From: Bacteroidota bacterium
Lineage (GTDB): Bacteria > Bacteroidota > Ignavibacteria > UBA10030
Direction: 5' to 3'
DNA: 64,000 bases
NCBI GenBank assembly: GCA_021813905.1
Contig: JAKAJH010000009.1
Coordinates: 7,346-71,345, forward strand
Made by a program: the position numbers and the translations under genes. Positions 55,251 through 64,000 of this stretch are shown here, piece after piece. The notes below the pieces were generated by a model, which saw only the letters and a list, made by a program, of their open reading frames with translations, searched no databases and was not told the DNA's origin. The first letter of the stretch is position 1, and each line of letters begins with the position of its first letter.

Positions 55251-56234
55251 TCAGTCGAGATACATCGCTTTGCGGACGGCGCGAATGACGCGCTGGATGT
55301 TGGGCAGTGAACTGACCTCGAGGTTGTGCGCGTAGGGCAGGGGCACGTCCTCCTGGGTGACGCGTTCCACAGGAGCGTCGAGATCGTCGAAGCAGTGCTT
55401 TTGCACTTCATCCACGATCTGTGCGCCGACGCCCGCGAAGGGCCAGCCTTCCTCGACGATGACGAGCCGGTTCGTCTTGCGCACCGATGCGAAAATGAGT
55501 TCCCAGTCCATTGGCTTGATGGTGCGGGGGTCGATCAGTTCCACGCTGATGCCTTCCTCGGCCAGGCGTTGAACCGCCTTGACCGTCACATGCTGAAGGA
55601 TCTTGGACCAGGAGACCACCGTGACGTCCGTGCCTTCACGAAGAATCTCTCCCACGCCGAGGGGAATTGTGTATTCGCCGTCCGGGATCTCGCCCTTCTC
55701 GCCGTACATCACTTCACTTTCGATGAAGATGATGGGATTGTCGTCGCGAATGGCGGTCTTCAGCAATCCCTTGGCATCCCGAGGATTGGAGGGCATGACC
55801 ACCTTTAAGCCGGGAATGTGCGCGTAGATCGACTCGAGTGCCTGGGAATGCGTCGCGCCCAGATTGTGGGCCGCTCCGCCGGGTCCGCGGAAGACGATGG
55901 GAACGTGAAAATGCCCGCCCGACATGGAAAGCATCTTGGCGGCGTGATTGACGATCTGGTCGTACGCGACGAGCGAGAAGTTCCACGTCATGAACTCCAC
56001 GATGGGGCGCAGGCCAACCATGGCGGCGCCGATGCCGACACCGGCAAATCCTGCCTCCGCGATCGGTGTGTCGATGATCCGCCGGGGACCGAATTTTTGC
56101 AGGAGACCCTGGCTGACCTTGTAGGCCCCGTTGTACTGCGCCACTTCTTCACCCATGAGGAAGACCCGCTCATCGCGGGTCATTTCCTCGTCCATCGCCT
56201 GATTCAACGCTTCACGGATACTGACAACCGCCAT
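55251..56234 (-). CDS. pdhB: Pyruvate dehydrogenase E1 component beta subunit
   Basis: Transketolase-like pyrimidine-binding and C-terminal domains (RVFLMGEEV...IIDTPIAEAGFAGVGIGAAMVGLRPI). Confidence 0.93.
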   Translation of the reverse strand: MAVVSIREALNQAMDEEMTRDERVFLMGEEVAQYNGAYKVSQGLLQKFGPRRIIDTPIAEAGFAGVGIGAAMVGLRPIVEFMTWNFSLVAYDQIVNHAAKMLSMSGGHFHVPIVFRGPGGAAHNLGATHSQALESIYAHIPGLKVVMPSNPRDAKGLLKTAIRDDNPIIFIESEVMYGEKGEIPDGEYTIPLGVGEILREGTDVTVVSWSKILQHVTVKAVQRLAEEGISVELIDPRTIKPMDWELIFASVRKTNRLVIVEEGWPFAGVGAQIVDEVQKHCFDDLDAPVERVTQEDVPLPYAHNLEVSSLPNIQRVIRAVRKAMYLD

Positions 56235-56237
56235 TCC

Positions 56238-57269
56238 TTAAAACCCTCCCCGTTCGAAATACACGTCCTTCCACAACTCATCCGCCGGTGGCTCCGGACT
56301 GTTCTCGGCAAACTCCACGCATTCGTCCACCACGGCCTTGATCCGCTTTTCGGCGTTTTCGAAGTACTCGTCAGACGCGAGGCCGTCACGCTTCAGCGAT
56401 TCGGCAAAGACGACGAGCGGATCCAGTTTCTTCTGTGTCTCGACTTCTTCCTTCGTGCGGTAATGGCCGCTCACCGGGTCCGACATGGAGTGGCCGCGGT
56501 ACCGGAATGTCTGGATCTCGAGCAGGCTCGGTTCATACGTCGCACGGGCGTGATCCACGGCGGCCTTCACCGCCTTGTGTACGGCCAGGACGTCGTAGCC
56601 GGACTCCACCACCTCATTGCGCATGTCATACGCTGCGGCCTTCTGGTGAAGTTCCTCCACGGCGGATGCGCGGGCCACCGCGGTGCCCATGCCATACTTG
56701 TTATTCTCGATGATGTAGATCACCGGAAGCTTCCAGAGCGCCGCCAGATTCAGCGATTCGTGAAATGTGCCGATGTTCGTCGCCCCGTCGCCGATAAAAC
56801 AAAGGCAAACCCGCTTTTCGCCGCGGTACTTGCTGGCGAATGCGACCCCGGCCGCGATCGGGATATGACCGCCCACGATCGCATGACCGCCGAGGAAATT
56901 CTTCTCGCGGTCGAAGATGTGCATCGAGCCGCCCTTGCCTTTCGTGGTGCCGGTATGCTTTCCAAGCAGTTCGGCCAGAATGGCCCTGGGATCGACTCCC
57001 TTTGAGATCGCCAGACCGTGGTCACGGTAGGCGGTGATGACGTAGTCTTCGGGGTTGATGGCGCCGAGCGATCCGGTCGAGACTGCCTCTTGACCGTTAT
57101 AGAGATGGCAGAAGCCTCCGATCTTTCCCATGCCGTACAACTGCGCGCTCTTCTCCTCAAACCGGCGAATGAGAAGCATTTCATCGTACCACTTGAGGAG
57201 CGTGTCTGGAGGAAGCCCGGGGTCGCGGGTTGGTTTTGAGGGGGCTGAACCGATTGCTGAATTGTTCAT
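56238..57269 (-). CDS. pdhA: Pyruvate dehydrogenase E1 component alpha subunit (TPP-binding)
   Basis: TPP motif CFIGDGATNIGTFHESLNLAALWKLPVIYIIENNKYGMGT. Phosphorylation-loop-like YRGHSMSDP. Start MNNSAIG at 57269. Confidence 0.9.
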   Translation of the reverse strand: MNNSAIGSAPSKPTRDPGLPPDTLLKWYDEMLLIRRFEEKSAQLYGMGKIGGFCHLYNGQEAVSTGSLGAINPEDYVITAYRDHGLAISKGVDPRAILAELLGKHTGTTKGKGGSMHIFDREKNFLGGHAIVGGHIPIAAGVAFASKYRGEKRVCLCFIGDGATNIGTFHESLNLAALWKLPVIYIIENNKYGMGTAVARASAVEELHQKAAAYDMRNEVVESGYDVLAVHKAVKAAVDHARATYEPSLLEIQTFRYRGHSMSDPVSGHYRTKEEVETQKKLDPLVVFAESLKRDGLASDEYFENAEKRIKAVVDECVEFAENSPEPPADELWKDVYFERGGF

Positions 57270-57809
57270 CAATACGTGGACCAGGTGCTGTGAGAGAAGT
57301 TGCCGGCGCATTATGAACATCAAAATATACGATTTAGTTGCAATATATGCGCACTGAGAAGATGTCAGCTGCATTGTAGAAAATTCAGACGATTGCGTCC
57401 GATCTTCGCGGAAACCTTGTCCCCGCACGTGTGGCGCGGAAATTGCCCGCTTAAGCATGCTCGAGTCCCGGCTCTATCGCGATATTGCGCTATGCCCGAG
57501 AGCGGACGTTCATGAGCCTTCAACCTGCTGGAGATCGGGCGGCACGCAGCAACGTCTCAGCAGTGCCGTGCGGTCGTGACGGGGTGCCCTGATCTGCCGG
57601 ACACAAGCTCCGGAGGATCTCAACGCAACGACCGATGGGGCCGTCGCACGGCTCGGAGGCAGGACATTGACAGTCCTTGAAATTGCGCGAGGTCGGCTTT
57701 GCGAGATGAGTATGGAACGCGGGGAGGCTGGGCAGCGACCGATCCGATCGGCGTTCAGCCGATTGCTTCTGATGCCGAGCCCGCTGATCACGGACAAGAG
57801 CAGAATACT

Positions 57810-58193
57810 ATGTCGACCGGAACCGTATTGGTGATCGATGACGAAGAACTCGTTCGGGATGTTGTCGAAGACACCCTGCGCTCCGAGGGGATTACTGTCT
57901 CGTTGGCGGCGAACGGGACGGAGGGGATTCGTCTGTTCCGCGATCACTGGCGGGAGGTCGGCGTTGTCCTGCTTGACCTCTCCATGCCCGGACTGAGCGG
58001 TGAAGAGACATATCGGCTCCTTCGGGAGATTGATCCTTCCGTCAAAGTCATTTTCTCCTCCGGCTATAGCGCCAACGATGCGCTCAGTATGCTTCCGGAA
58101 GGTGACACCACGAACTTCATCAAAAAGCCGTACAAAGGAACATCCCTCGTCGAAATGATTTGCCGGATCATGCGGAGTTCGACAACAGCGTAG
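57810..58193 (+). CDS. Single-domain response regulator (CheY-like receiver)
   Basis: VLVIDDEELVRD...LLDLSMPGLSG...KPY receiver motifs. 127 aa from MSTGTV. Confidence 0.8.
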   Translation: MSTGTVLVIDDEELVRDVVEDTLRSEGITVSLAANGTEGIRLFRDHWREVGVVLLDLSMPGLSGEETYRLLREIDPSVKVIFSSGYSANDALSMLPEGDTTNFIKKPYKGTSLVEMICRIMRSSTTA

Positions 58194-58369
58194 AAGGGGC
58201 GATTCAACGCGGCGCGTGAGTCCCGAGGAGCGCTCCGATCCGTCGGCAAAAACAGTCACGTGTCCGCCGGAAACTTGAAGTATCCTCGGATCTTCCGCCA
58301 CCGTGGCTTTCCTCCTGTTCGATCCCTGCCTTTCATTTTCAGCAAAAAAATGATTACACTGACATCAAT

Positions 58370-59233
58370 ATGTCAGTGCCGAACCCGGATATTGTGGATC
58401 TCGTGGATCGCGCGTTGGCCGAAGATATCGGCGCAGGCGATGCCACCACGAACAGCATCATCCCGGCGGACGCAATGATGCGGGGAACGATCGTCGCCAA
58501 GCAGCACGGCGTGATCGCCGGTCTAGATATCGTCGGGATCGTCTTCAGCAGGCTGGATGGGACTTCGAACGTTACTGCGCTGGCGGGCGAAGGATCCAGG
58601 GTTGCCACAGGAAGTCCCGTGGCGGAGATTGTGGGCCTGACCCGGGCACTCTTGACAGGCGAGCGGACCGCGCTGAATATCCTCGGCCGGATGTCCGGCA
58701 TAGCGACGTCGACGCGTGCGTTCGTGGACGCTGTTGCGGGAACGAAGGCGGTCATTCTCGACACGCGAAAGACGGTCCCCGGATTGCGCACCCTGGATAA
58801 GCTGGCGGTCCGACGGGGCGGAGGCCGGAATCATCGCATGGGCCTCTTCGATATGGTGTTGATCAAAGATAATCATATTGATGCGGCGGGATCGATTCGG
58901 AACGCGGTTGCGCGCGTGCGCTCGGCGGCGCCGGGACTACCGGTGGAAGTGGAAGCCCGCACGCTGGCGGACGTGCGTGAAGCGCTGGAACTGGGGGTCG
59001 AACGGATTCTGTTGGATAATATGACGCCGGCGATGATGCGTGAGGCGGTCGGCATCACGGCCGGGCGCGCACGCCTGGAAGCATCGGGGAACGTGACGCT
59101 CAAAACGGTCCGTGCGATCGCTGAGACGGGAGTGGACGAGATCTCTGTCGGAGCCCTGACGCATTCGCCGACATCCCTGGATGTCAGTTTCCGTTGGAGC
59201 GGAACTGGTCCTGCACCGGCGAACCGGAACTGA
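58370..59233 (+). CDS. nadC: Nicotinate-nucleotide pyrophosphorylase (quinolinate phosphoribosyltransferase)
   Basis: ALAEDIGAGDATT...ERTALNILGRMSGIAT...DNHI. Confidence 0.93.
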   Translation: MSVPNPDIVDLVDRALAEDIGAGDATTNSIIPADAMMRGTIVAKQHGVIAGLDIVGIVFSRLDGTSNVTALAGEGSRVATGSPVAEIVGLTRALLTGERTALNILGRMSGIATSTRAFVDAVAGTKAVILDTRKTVPGLRTLDKLAVRRGGGRNHRMGLFDMVLIKDNHIDAAGSIRNAVARVRSAAPGLPVEVEARTLADVREALELGVERILLDNMTPAMMREAVGITAGRARLEASGNVTLKTVRAIAETGVDEISVGALTHSPTSLDVSFRWSGTGPAPANRN

Positions 59234-59252
59234 GTTAATCGAAGACGCGACG

Positions 59253-60293
59253 ATGGAAGCAGCGATCACGGCGATGTATCAGCGGTTGCACGAAAAGCTC
59301 CGGACGACGGTCCCCGACGCGGAGATCCGCATCAAAGCGAGACTCGCAGCAGAGATCAACCGCCTGAAACAGGAGCGGAACGCCGTCATTTTGGGGCACA
59401 ACTACATGGAGCCGGCGCTTTATCATTCAATCCCGGATTTCCAGGGTGACTCGCTCGAGCTCTGTCGCGAAGCGGCGAAGACTGATCGGGACATCATCGT
59501 GTTTTGCGGCGTCCGGTTCATGGCGGAAACGGCGAAGATCCTGAATCCCGAGCGAACGGTCCTGCTGCCGTCCCTTGAGGCGGGATGTTCGCTCGCCGGA
59601 AGCATCACGGCTGCAGACGTCCGGGCGTTGAAGATGCGGTATCCCGGCGTCCCGGTGGTGAGCTATGTGAACACCTACGCGGATGTGAAAGCGGAATCCA
59701 CGATCTGCTGCACGTCGGGAAATGCCGCTGCCGTGGTCGAGTCGTTGGGCACGGACACCGTGATCTTCCTTCCGGACGAGTTCCTCGCACGGAACGTTGC
59801 GCGGGAGACCGGACGGCACATCATCTTCCCGTCCGCGATGTCGCCTGCCCCCGCGGAGACCGAACTGGACGTGCAAATGATCGGCTGGCGCGGACGGTGC
59901 GAGGTGCATGAGCGGTTCACGACGCAGGATATCGCGAATGTTCGGGCTCAATTCCCCGATGCGGTGATCCTGGCGCATCCGGAATGCAGTCCCGAAGTGA
60001 CTGCGGCCTCGGATTTCTCCGGCAGCACCGGCGCCATGATCCGCTATGTGGAGCAGACGAAAGCGCCCCGCTATCTGCTGTTGACGGAATGTGCGATGGG
60101 GGACAATATCGCCGCAGCGAATCCCGACAAGGAAATGCTCCGACTCTGTTCCGTTCGCTGTCCGCATATGAACCAGATTACGCTCGAGGATACGCTCGAG
60201 TCGCTGCAGCACAATCGGCATATCATCGACCTGCCCGCGGACATCATCGAGCGGGCGGCCGCTGCGGTGGAACGAATGATCGCGGTCGGATGA
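59253..60293 (+). CDS. nadA: Quinolinate synthase A
   Basis: VILGHNYMEP...VFCGVRFMAETAKIL and Cys ligands for the 4Fe-4S cluster. Start MEAAITAMYQ. Confidence 0.92.
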   Translation: MEAAITAMYQRLHEKLRTTVPDAEIRIKARLAAEINRLKQERNAVILGHNYMEPALYHSIPDFQGDSLELCREAAKTDRDIIVFCGVRFMAETAKILNPERTVLLPSLEAGCSLAGSITAADVRALKMRYPGVPVVSYVNTYADVKAESTICCTSGNAAAVVESLGTDTVIFLPDEFLARNVARETGRHIIFPSAMSPAPAETELDVQMIGWRGRCEVHERFTTQDIANVRAQFPDAVILAHPECSPEVTAASDFSGSTGAMIRYVEQTKAPRYLLLTECAMGDNIAAANPDKEMLRLCSVRCPHMNQITLEDTLESLQHNRHIIDLPADIIERAAAAVERMIAVG

Positions 60294-60312
60294 CCGGTCG
60301 CAGGACACTCCA

Positions 60313-61923
60313 TTGAAGCATCCGCACGTTCTGATCATCGGCTGTGGTGTGGCGGGGGCAACAACCGCGCTGCGGCTTTCGGAACAGCCGGGCGTTCGGG
60401 TGACGGTCGTGACCCGTGAGCCGGACGCGCTGGAGTCGAACACCCGCTATGCACAGGGCGGCATCACCACCGTGGCGGACGACGATCGGCCGGAAAACCT
60501 CATCCACGACATTCTGGAGGCGGGGGCGGGCGCAAGCTCACCGGCTGCGGCGAAGATCCTTGCGGAGGAAGGTCCGCTTCTTCTTGACCGGATCCTTCGC
60601 CGGAGCGCGGGCGTGGTGTTCGATCAGCACGCCGACGGGTCGCCGTACTACGGACAGGAAGCGGTCCATTCCCGGCCGCGCATTCTGCATGTGGGGGATC
60701 GGACGGGCGAAGCCATCATGCGCGGATTGCTCGCCGAGATGCACCGTCGGCCCAATGTGACGCTGCTGTCGAACGCGACAGTGGTGGACCTCCTGACCTT
60801 CCCGCACCATTCCCGCGACCCGCTTGCAACCTACGGAGCGATCACGTGCCATGGCGCGTATGTCTTTGACCGAACGCGACGCACGGTGGAGGCGATCGTG
60901 GCGGACCGCACGGTTCTGGCGACCGGCGGACTGGGGCGCATTTATCGGAACACGACCAATCCGCCCGGAGCACGGGGAGACGGGCTTGCGATGGCCCATC
61001 GGGCCGGCGCCCGCATCGTGAATACCGAGTACATTCAGTTTCACCCCACGGCGCTCGCCGTGCCGGGCGGGGAAGGATTCCTGATCAGCGAAGCGGTCCG
61101 GGGAGAAGGAGGGGTCCTGCTGACGCCGGATGGACGGGCGTTCATGGGGGACTATGCGCCGGACCGGAAGGATCTTGCCCCGCGTGACGTCGTGGCGCGG
61201 GCCATTCATCACGAGATGGAAAGCAACGGATACTCCCACGTGCTGCTGGATATCGGCTCGCACATGGATGCCGCCGGTATCCGCGAGCGCTTCCCGACAA
61301 TTTACGCGCGATGCCTCCAGCTGGGAATCGACATGACGCGGGAGCCGATCCCGGTCGTTCCCGCGGCGCACTACTCCTGCGGCGGCGTGTGGGTCGACGA
61401 ATGGGGACGCTCGAGCATCGGTCGGCTGTTTGCCGTCGGAGAGGTCAGTTGCACAGGGCTGCACGGCGCGAATCGTCTCGCGTCCACATCACTGCTGGAA
61501 GGTGTGGTGTGGGGAGATCGTGCGGCGCGAAATATCCTGGCATCGGTCGACGCGGAACCGGAATCGGTGATTAACGCGGCGGATATTCCACGCTGGGATG
61601 AACGGGGACTCGTCTCGGATGCCGATCCGGCGCTGATCCAGGGGGACATGCAGACGGTACAGAACATCATGTGGCACTATGTGGGACTGGTGCGGAACGA
61701 GGAGCGGCTGTCGAGGGCGATCCGCGAGTTGCGGCACCTGTGGACCGAGATCGAGATGTTCTATCGGACCACACGGCTCAGCGACGGCCTCATCGGACTT
61801 CGCAACGCGGTTGAAACCGCTTTGATCGTCGCACAGGCTGCGCGCCACAATCCCATCAATCGGGGATGTCACTTCCGGCAGGATTCGCGGGAAGAGACCG
61901 GCCGACAATCCCTCGCCCCGTAG
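60313..61923 (+). CDS. nadB: L-aspartate oxidase
   Basis: FAD motif VLIIGCGVAGATTAL, YAQGGI, HYSCGGV. Confidence 0.93.
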   Translation: MKHPHVLIIGCGVAGATTALRLSEQPGVRVTVVTREPDALESNTRYAQGGITTVADDDRPENLIHDILEAGAGASSPAAAKILAEEGPLLLDRILRRSAGVVFDQHADGSPYYGQEAVHSRPRILHVGDRTGEAIMRGLLAEMHRRPNVTLLSNATVVDLLTFPHHSRDPLATYGAITCHGAYVFDRTRRTVEAIVADRTVLATGGLGRIYRNTTNPPGARGDGLAMAHRAGARIVNTEYIQFHPTALAVPGGEGFLISEAVRGEGGVLLTPDGRAFMGDYAPDRKDLAPRDVVARAIHHEMESNGYSHVLLDIGSHMDAAGIRERFPTIYARCLQLGIDMTREPIPVVPAAHYSCGGVWVDEWGRSSIGRLFAVGEVSCTGLHGANRLASTSLLEGVVWGDRAARNILASVDAEPESVINAADIPRWDERGLVSDADPALIQGDMQTVQNIMWHYVGLVRNEERLSRAIRELRHLWTEIEMFYRTTRLSDGLIGLRNAVETALIVAQAARHNPINRGCHFRQDSREETGRQSLAP

Positions 61924-61930
61924 ATTCCGT

Positions 61931-62830
61931 TCAGGGCTTTTCCCTCGCCGCGTTCGTATCGATGGTCACGCGCACGGTGTTGCCGTTGCCGAGAAATTCG
62001 AGTCCGAGCGACGACTGCACCATCGCGATGCCGCGACCGTGCGTATCGAAGGCCCGGCGTTCGTCGAACTCGAGATAGGTGGAGAAGTCGAATCCGTTCC
62101 CGCAGTCAGTGACCGTGACGACCATGACGTCTGCGGTGCGCTCGAGAGTCACGGTGACGTCCCTGTCGGCGTGTTCGGGAAGCGCGAGCCGTCGCCGGAC
62201 CTCGGCCTCCCAGGATCCCGATTCCAGCAGCACGGACTTCTCCGCGTAGGTGATGCCGAGGTTGCCGTGCTCGACGGCATTCAGCATGAGCTCACTGATG
62301 ACCATCGCGCGCTTCGGAGCGGGAGAGGAATTGGCGATCTGCAGCGCGAGCCGCTCGCCGTCTGCGATCGTCCGGTACCGGAATGTGCCGGACGTCAGGA
62401 GCGCAAAAGGATTCTGGCAGGCGGCGAGTTCATCGATCAATCGTTGCTTGTATGCATGGTCATTGAGAGCCGCGTGTACGATCGACAGAAGCAGCTTCGG
62501 CTGAACCGGCTTGGTCAGATAGTAGAACGCACCGGCGTCGATGCCCTCTTTGATGAAGGCAGGATCGGTCAGGCCGGTCTGTACGACAACGGGGATGTGG
62601 GCCGTGTCCTCCTGCACCTTCATCCAACGCAGCAGCTCGATGCCGGTCATGCGGGGCATGGACCAGTCGAGCAGCACGCAACCCACCTGCTCCCCGCGCT
62701 TCCGGAGCAACTCTTGGGCGTCGAGACCGTCGACGGCGAGAAGGGGAGAAAATCCTTCCTGCCCGAGGAATTCGGTAAGAAGGTTCTGCGCCACCGGATC
62801 ATCTTCCACCACGAGAATCGTCTTACTCAT
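61931..62830 (-). CDS. Response-regulator receiver fused to a GHKL (HATPase_c / RsbW-like) ATPase domain
   Basis: N-terminal ILVVEDDPVAQNL...LLDWSMPRMTG...KP receiver. C-terminal ELMLNAVEHGN...DCGNGFD...HGRGIAMV, i.e. N, G1 and G2 boxes of the GHKL fold. Start MSKTIL at 62830. Confidence 0.75.
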   Translation of the reverse strand: MSKTILVVEDDPVAQNLLTEFLGQEGFSPLLAVDGLDAQELLRKRGEQVGCVLLDWSMPRMTGIELLRWMKVQEDTAHIPVVVQTGLTDPAFIKEGIDAGAFYYLTKPVQPKLLLSIVHAALNDHAYKQRLIDELAACQNPFALLTSGTFRYRTIADGERLALQIANSSPAPKRAMVISELMLNAVEHGNLGITYAEKSVLLESGSWEAEVRRRLALPEHADRDVTVTLERTADVMVVTVTDCGNGFDFSTYLEFDERRAFDTHGRGIAMVQSSLGLEFLGNGNTVRVTIDTNAAREKP

Positions 62831-63008
62831 CACGAGTTCCCTCCGATCGTGCATCCCGCGGAAGATACACGCCGGAGGATGCAAAAGCAATCGGCGACAC
62901 CGTGCCTTGCCGTCTCGCCCGGCGCAACATGATCGGTCTGGGATGCGTATGCTAGAAGAATGTGCGGTCCAAGCGATCTCTCCCATCATTCACATCGCTG
63001 AGGGTAGT

Positions 63009-64000
63009 ATGATGACACGTCGAAGTTTCGGTCTGCTCGGCGTCGCGCTGGTGGCGCTTCTGATGACCACCGCGGAAGCGGCCGAGAAGGGATTTCAGGT
63101 CCCGGTCGAGTATGTCAAACTGGACAACGGCCTGAAGGTAGTGCTCTCGCCCGACCATACGGCGCCGACCGTCGTGGTCGCGGTCTATTACAATATCGGC
63201 TTTCGCATTGAGCCGAAGGATCGAACGGGATTTGCGCATCTCTTCGAGCACATGATGTTCCAGGGATCGGAGAACCTGGGGAAAATGGAGTTCATCCGTC
63301 TGGTGCAGCGCAACGGCGGCGTGCTGAACGGTTCAACGCGATTCGACTTCACAAACTACTTCGAGATTCTGCCGTCGAACAAGCTGGAGACGGCCCTCTG
63401 GGCCGAAGCGGACCGGATGAAGGGATTGAACATCACCCAGGAGAACCTGACGAACCAGCAGGGGGTGGTGATGAATGAAGTGCGGGTGAACGTGTTGAAT
63501 CAGCCGTATGGCGGATTCCCGTGGCTGGACATGCCGCAGGTGGCGAACAGCAACTGGTACAACGCGCACAATTTCTACGGGGATTTGAAGGACCTCGAGG
63601 CCGCGACGCTCGGAGATGTGCAGCAGTTCTTCCGGACGTACTATGCGCCGAATAATGCCGCGTTGGTGGTGGTCGGCGATTTCGATCCGCCGGAAGGTCT
63701 CGCGCTGGTGAAGAAGTACTTCGGCGGCATCCCGGCCGTAGCGCAGCCTCCGAAGCCCGATCTGACCGAGCCGCGCCAGGAGGCGGAGAAGCGGGTGACG
63801 AAAGTTGACACGCTGGCCAACCGGCCGGCGATCGCGATCGCGTATCATATGCCGGACCGGAACACTCCTGAGTACTACGCGATGGGGCTTCTGGATGAGA
63901 TCCTGTTGCAGGGAGACGACAGCCGGCTGCGTCAGCAGCTGGTGCAGAAGAAGGGATATACCGGGAGCGTGGACGGTGGGATCAACCTCCTGGGAAATAT
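63009..64000 (+). CDS. M16-family zinc metallopeptidase (pitrilysin-like), secreted; 3' end beyond the window
   Basis: Signal peptide. Inverted zinc-binding motif HLFEHMMFQG (HxxEH). Open frame continues to the window end. Confidence 0.85.
   Translation, partial: MMTRRSFGLLGVALVALLMTTAEAAEKGFQVPVEYVKLDNGLKVVLSPDHTAPTVVVAVYYNIGFRIEPKDRTGFAHLFEHMMFQGSENLGKMEFIRLVQRNGGVLNGSTRFDFTNYFEILPSNKLETALWAEADRMKGLNITQENLTNQQGVVMNEVRVNVLNQPYGGFPWLDMPQVANSNWYNAHNFYGDLKDLEAATLGDVQQFFRTYYAPNNAALVVVGDFDPPEGLALVKKYFGGIPAVAQPPKPDLTEPRQEAEKRVTKVDTLANRPAIAIAYHMPDRNTPEYYAMGLLDEILLQGDDSRLRQQLVQKKGYTGSVDGGINLLGN

Noticed and set aside
1-64000. CRISPR arrays, IS elements or transposase genes.
   Set aside because: I saw no regularly spaced direct repeats, no transposase/integrase-like translations and no terminal inverted repeats when reading both strands. 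I call none.

Overview
This is a high-GC (~64%) bacterial chromosomal segment, densely packed with genes, mostly on the + strand. The core genes I am confident of are: ileS (3' part), a DksA/TraR-like zinc-finger protein, lspA, rluD, a GH31 alpha-glucosidase translationally coupled to a YhhQ/QueT-like transporter and guaA, an ABC ATPase plus a large permease, TPR proteins, radC, phoH, mazG (−), tRNA-Ala(CGC), an RNase E/G-family nuclease with a long leader, tal/fsa, gcvT, comB-like, ftsK-lolA, uppP, a cyclophilin, holA, pccB-like, an MltD-like LysM transglycosylase, nadC-nadA-nadB, a REC-GHKL protein (−) and an M16 peptidase (partial). On the minus strand, pdhA-pdhB-E2 runs directly into a complete ECF transporter (S-T-A-A'). 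The most interesting region is an accessory-looking locus at ~40.1–51.0 kb. It encodes two large secreted proteins with T9SS-type C-terminal sorting domains (one canonical type A), a lipoprotein, a TonB-dependent-receptor-like outer-membrane barrel, a PorV/PorQ-like beta-barrel and an NHL-repeat lipoprotein. The last four genes are joined by overlapping stop/start codons. No recognizable catalytic domain is present. This looks like an undescribed T9SS-linked outer-membrane module and places the organism in the FCB superphylum. Other points worth follow-up are a flippase-like TM protein, a two-domain oxidoreductase and an OM-barrel in one operon, a polyprenol-kinase-like/DUF92 fusion, a secreted Trp/Tyr-rich protein with an Arg/Glu/Pro tail, a small SD-led ORF absent from the ORF track, and several intrinsic-terminator-like hairpins. 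All calls rest on reading the translations and the DNA by eye. No database search or RNA folding was possible.
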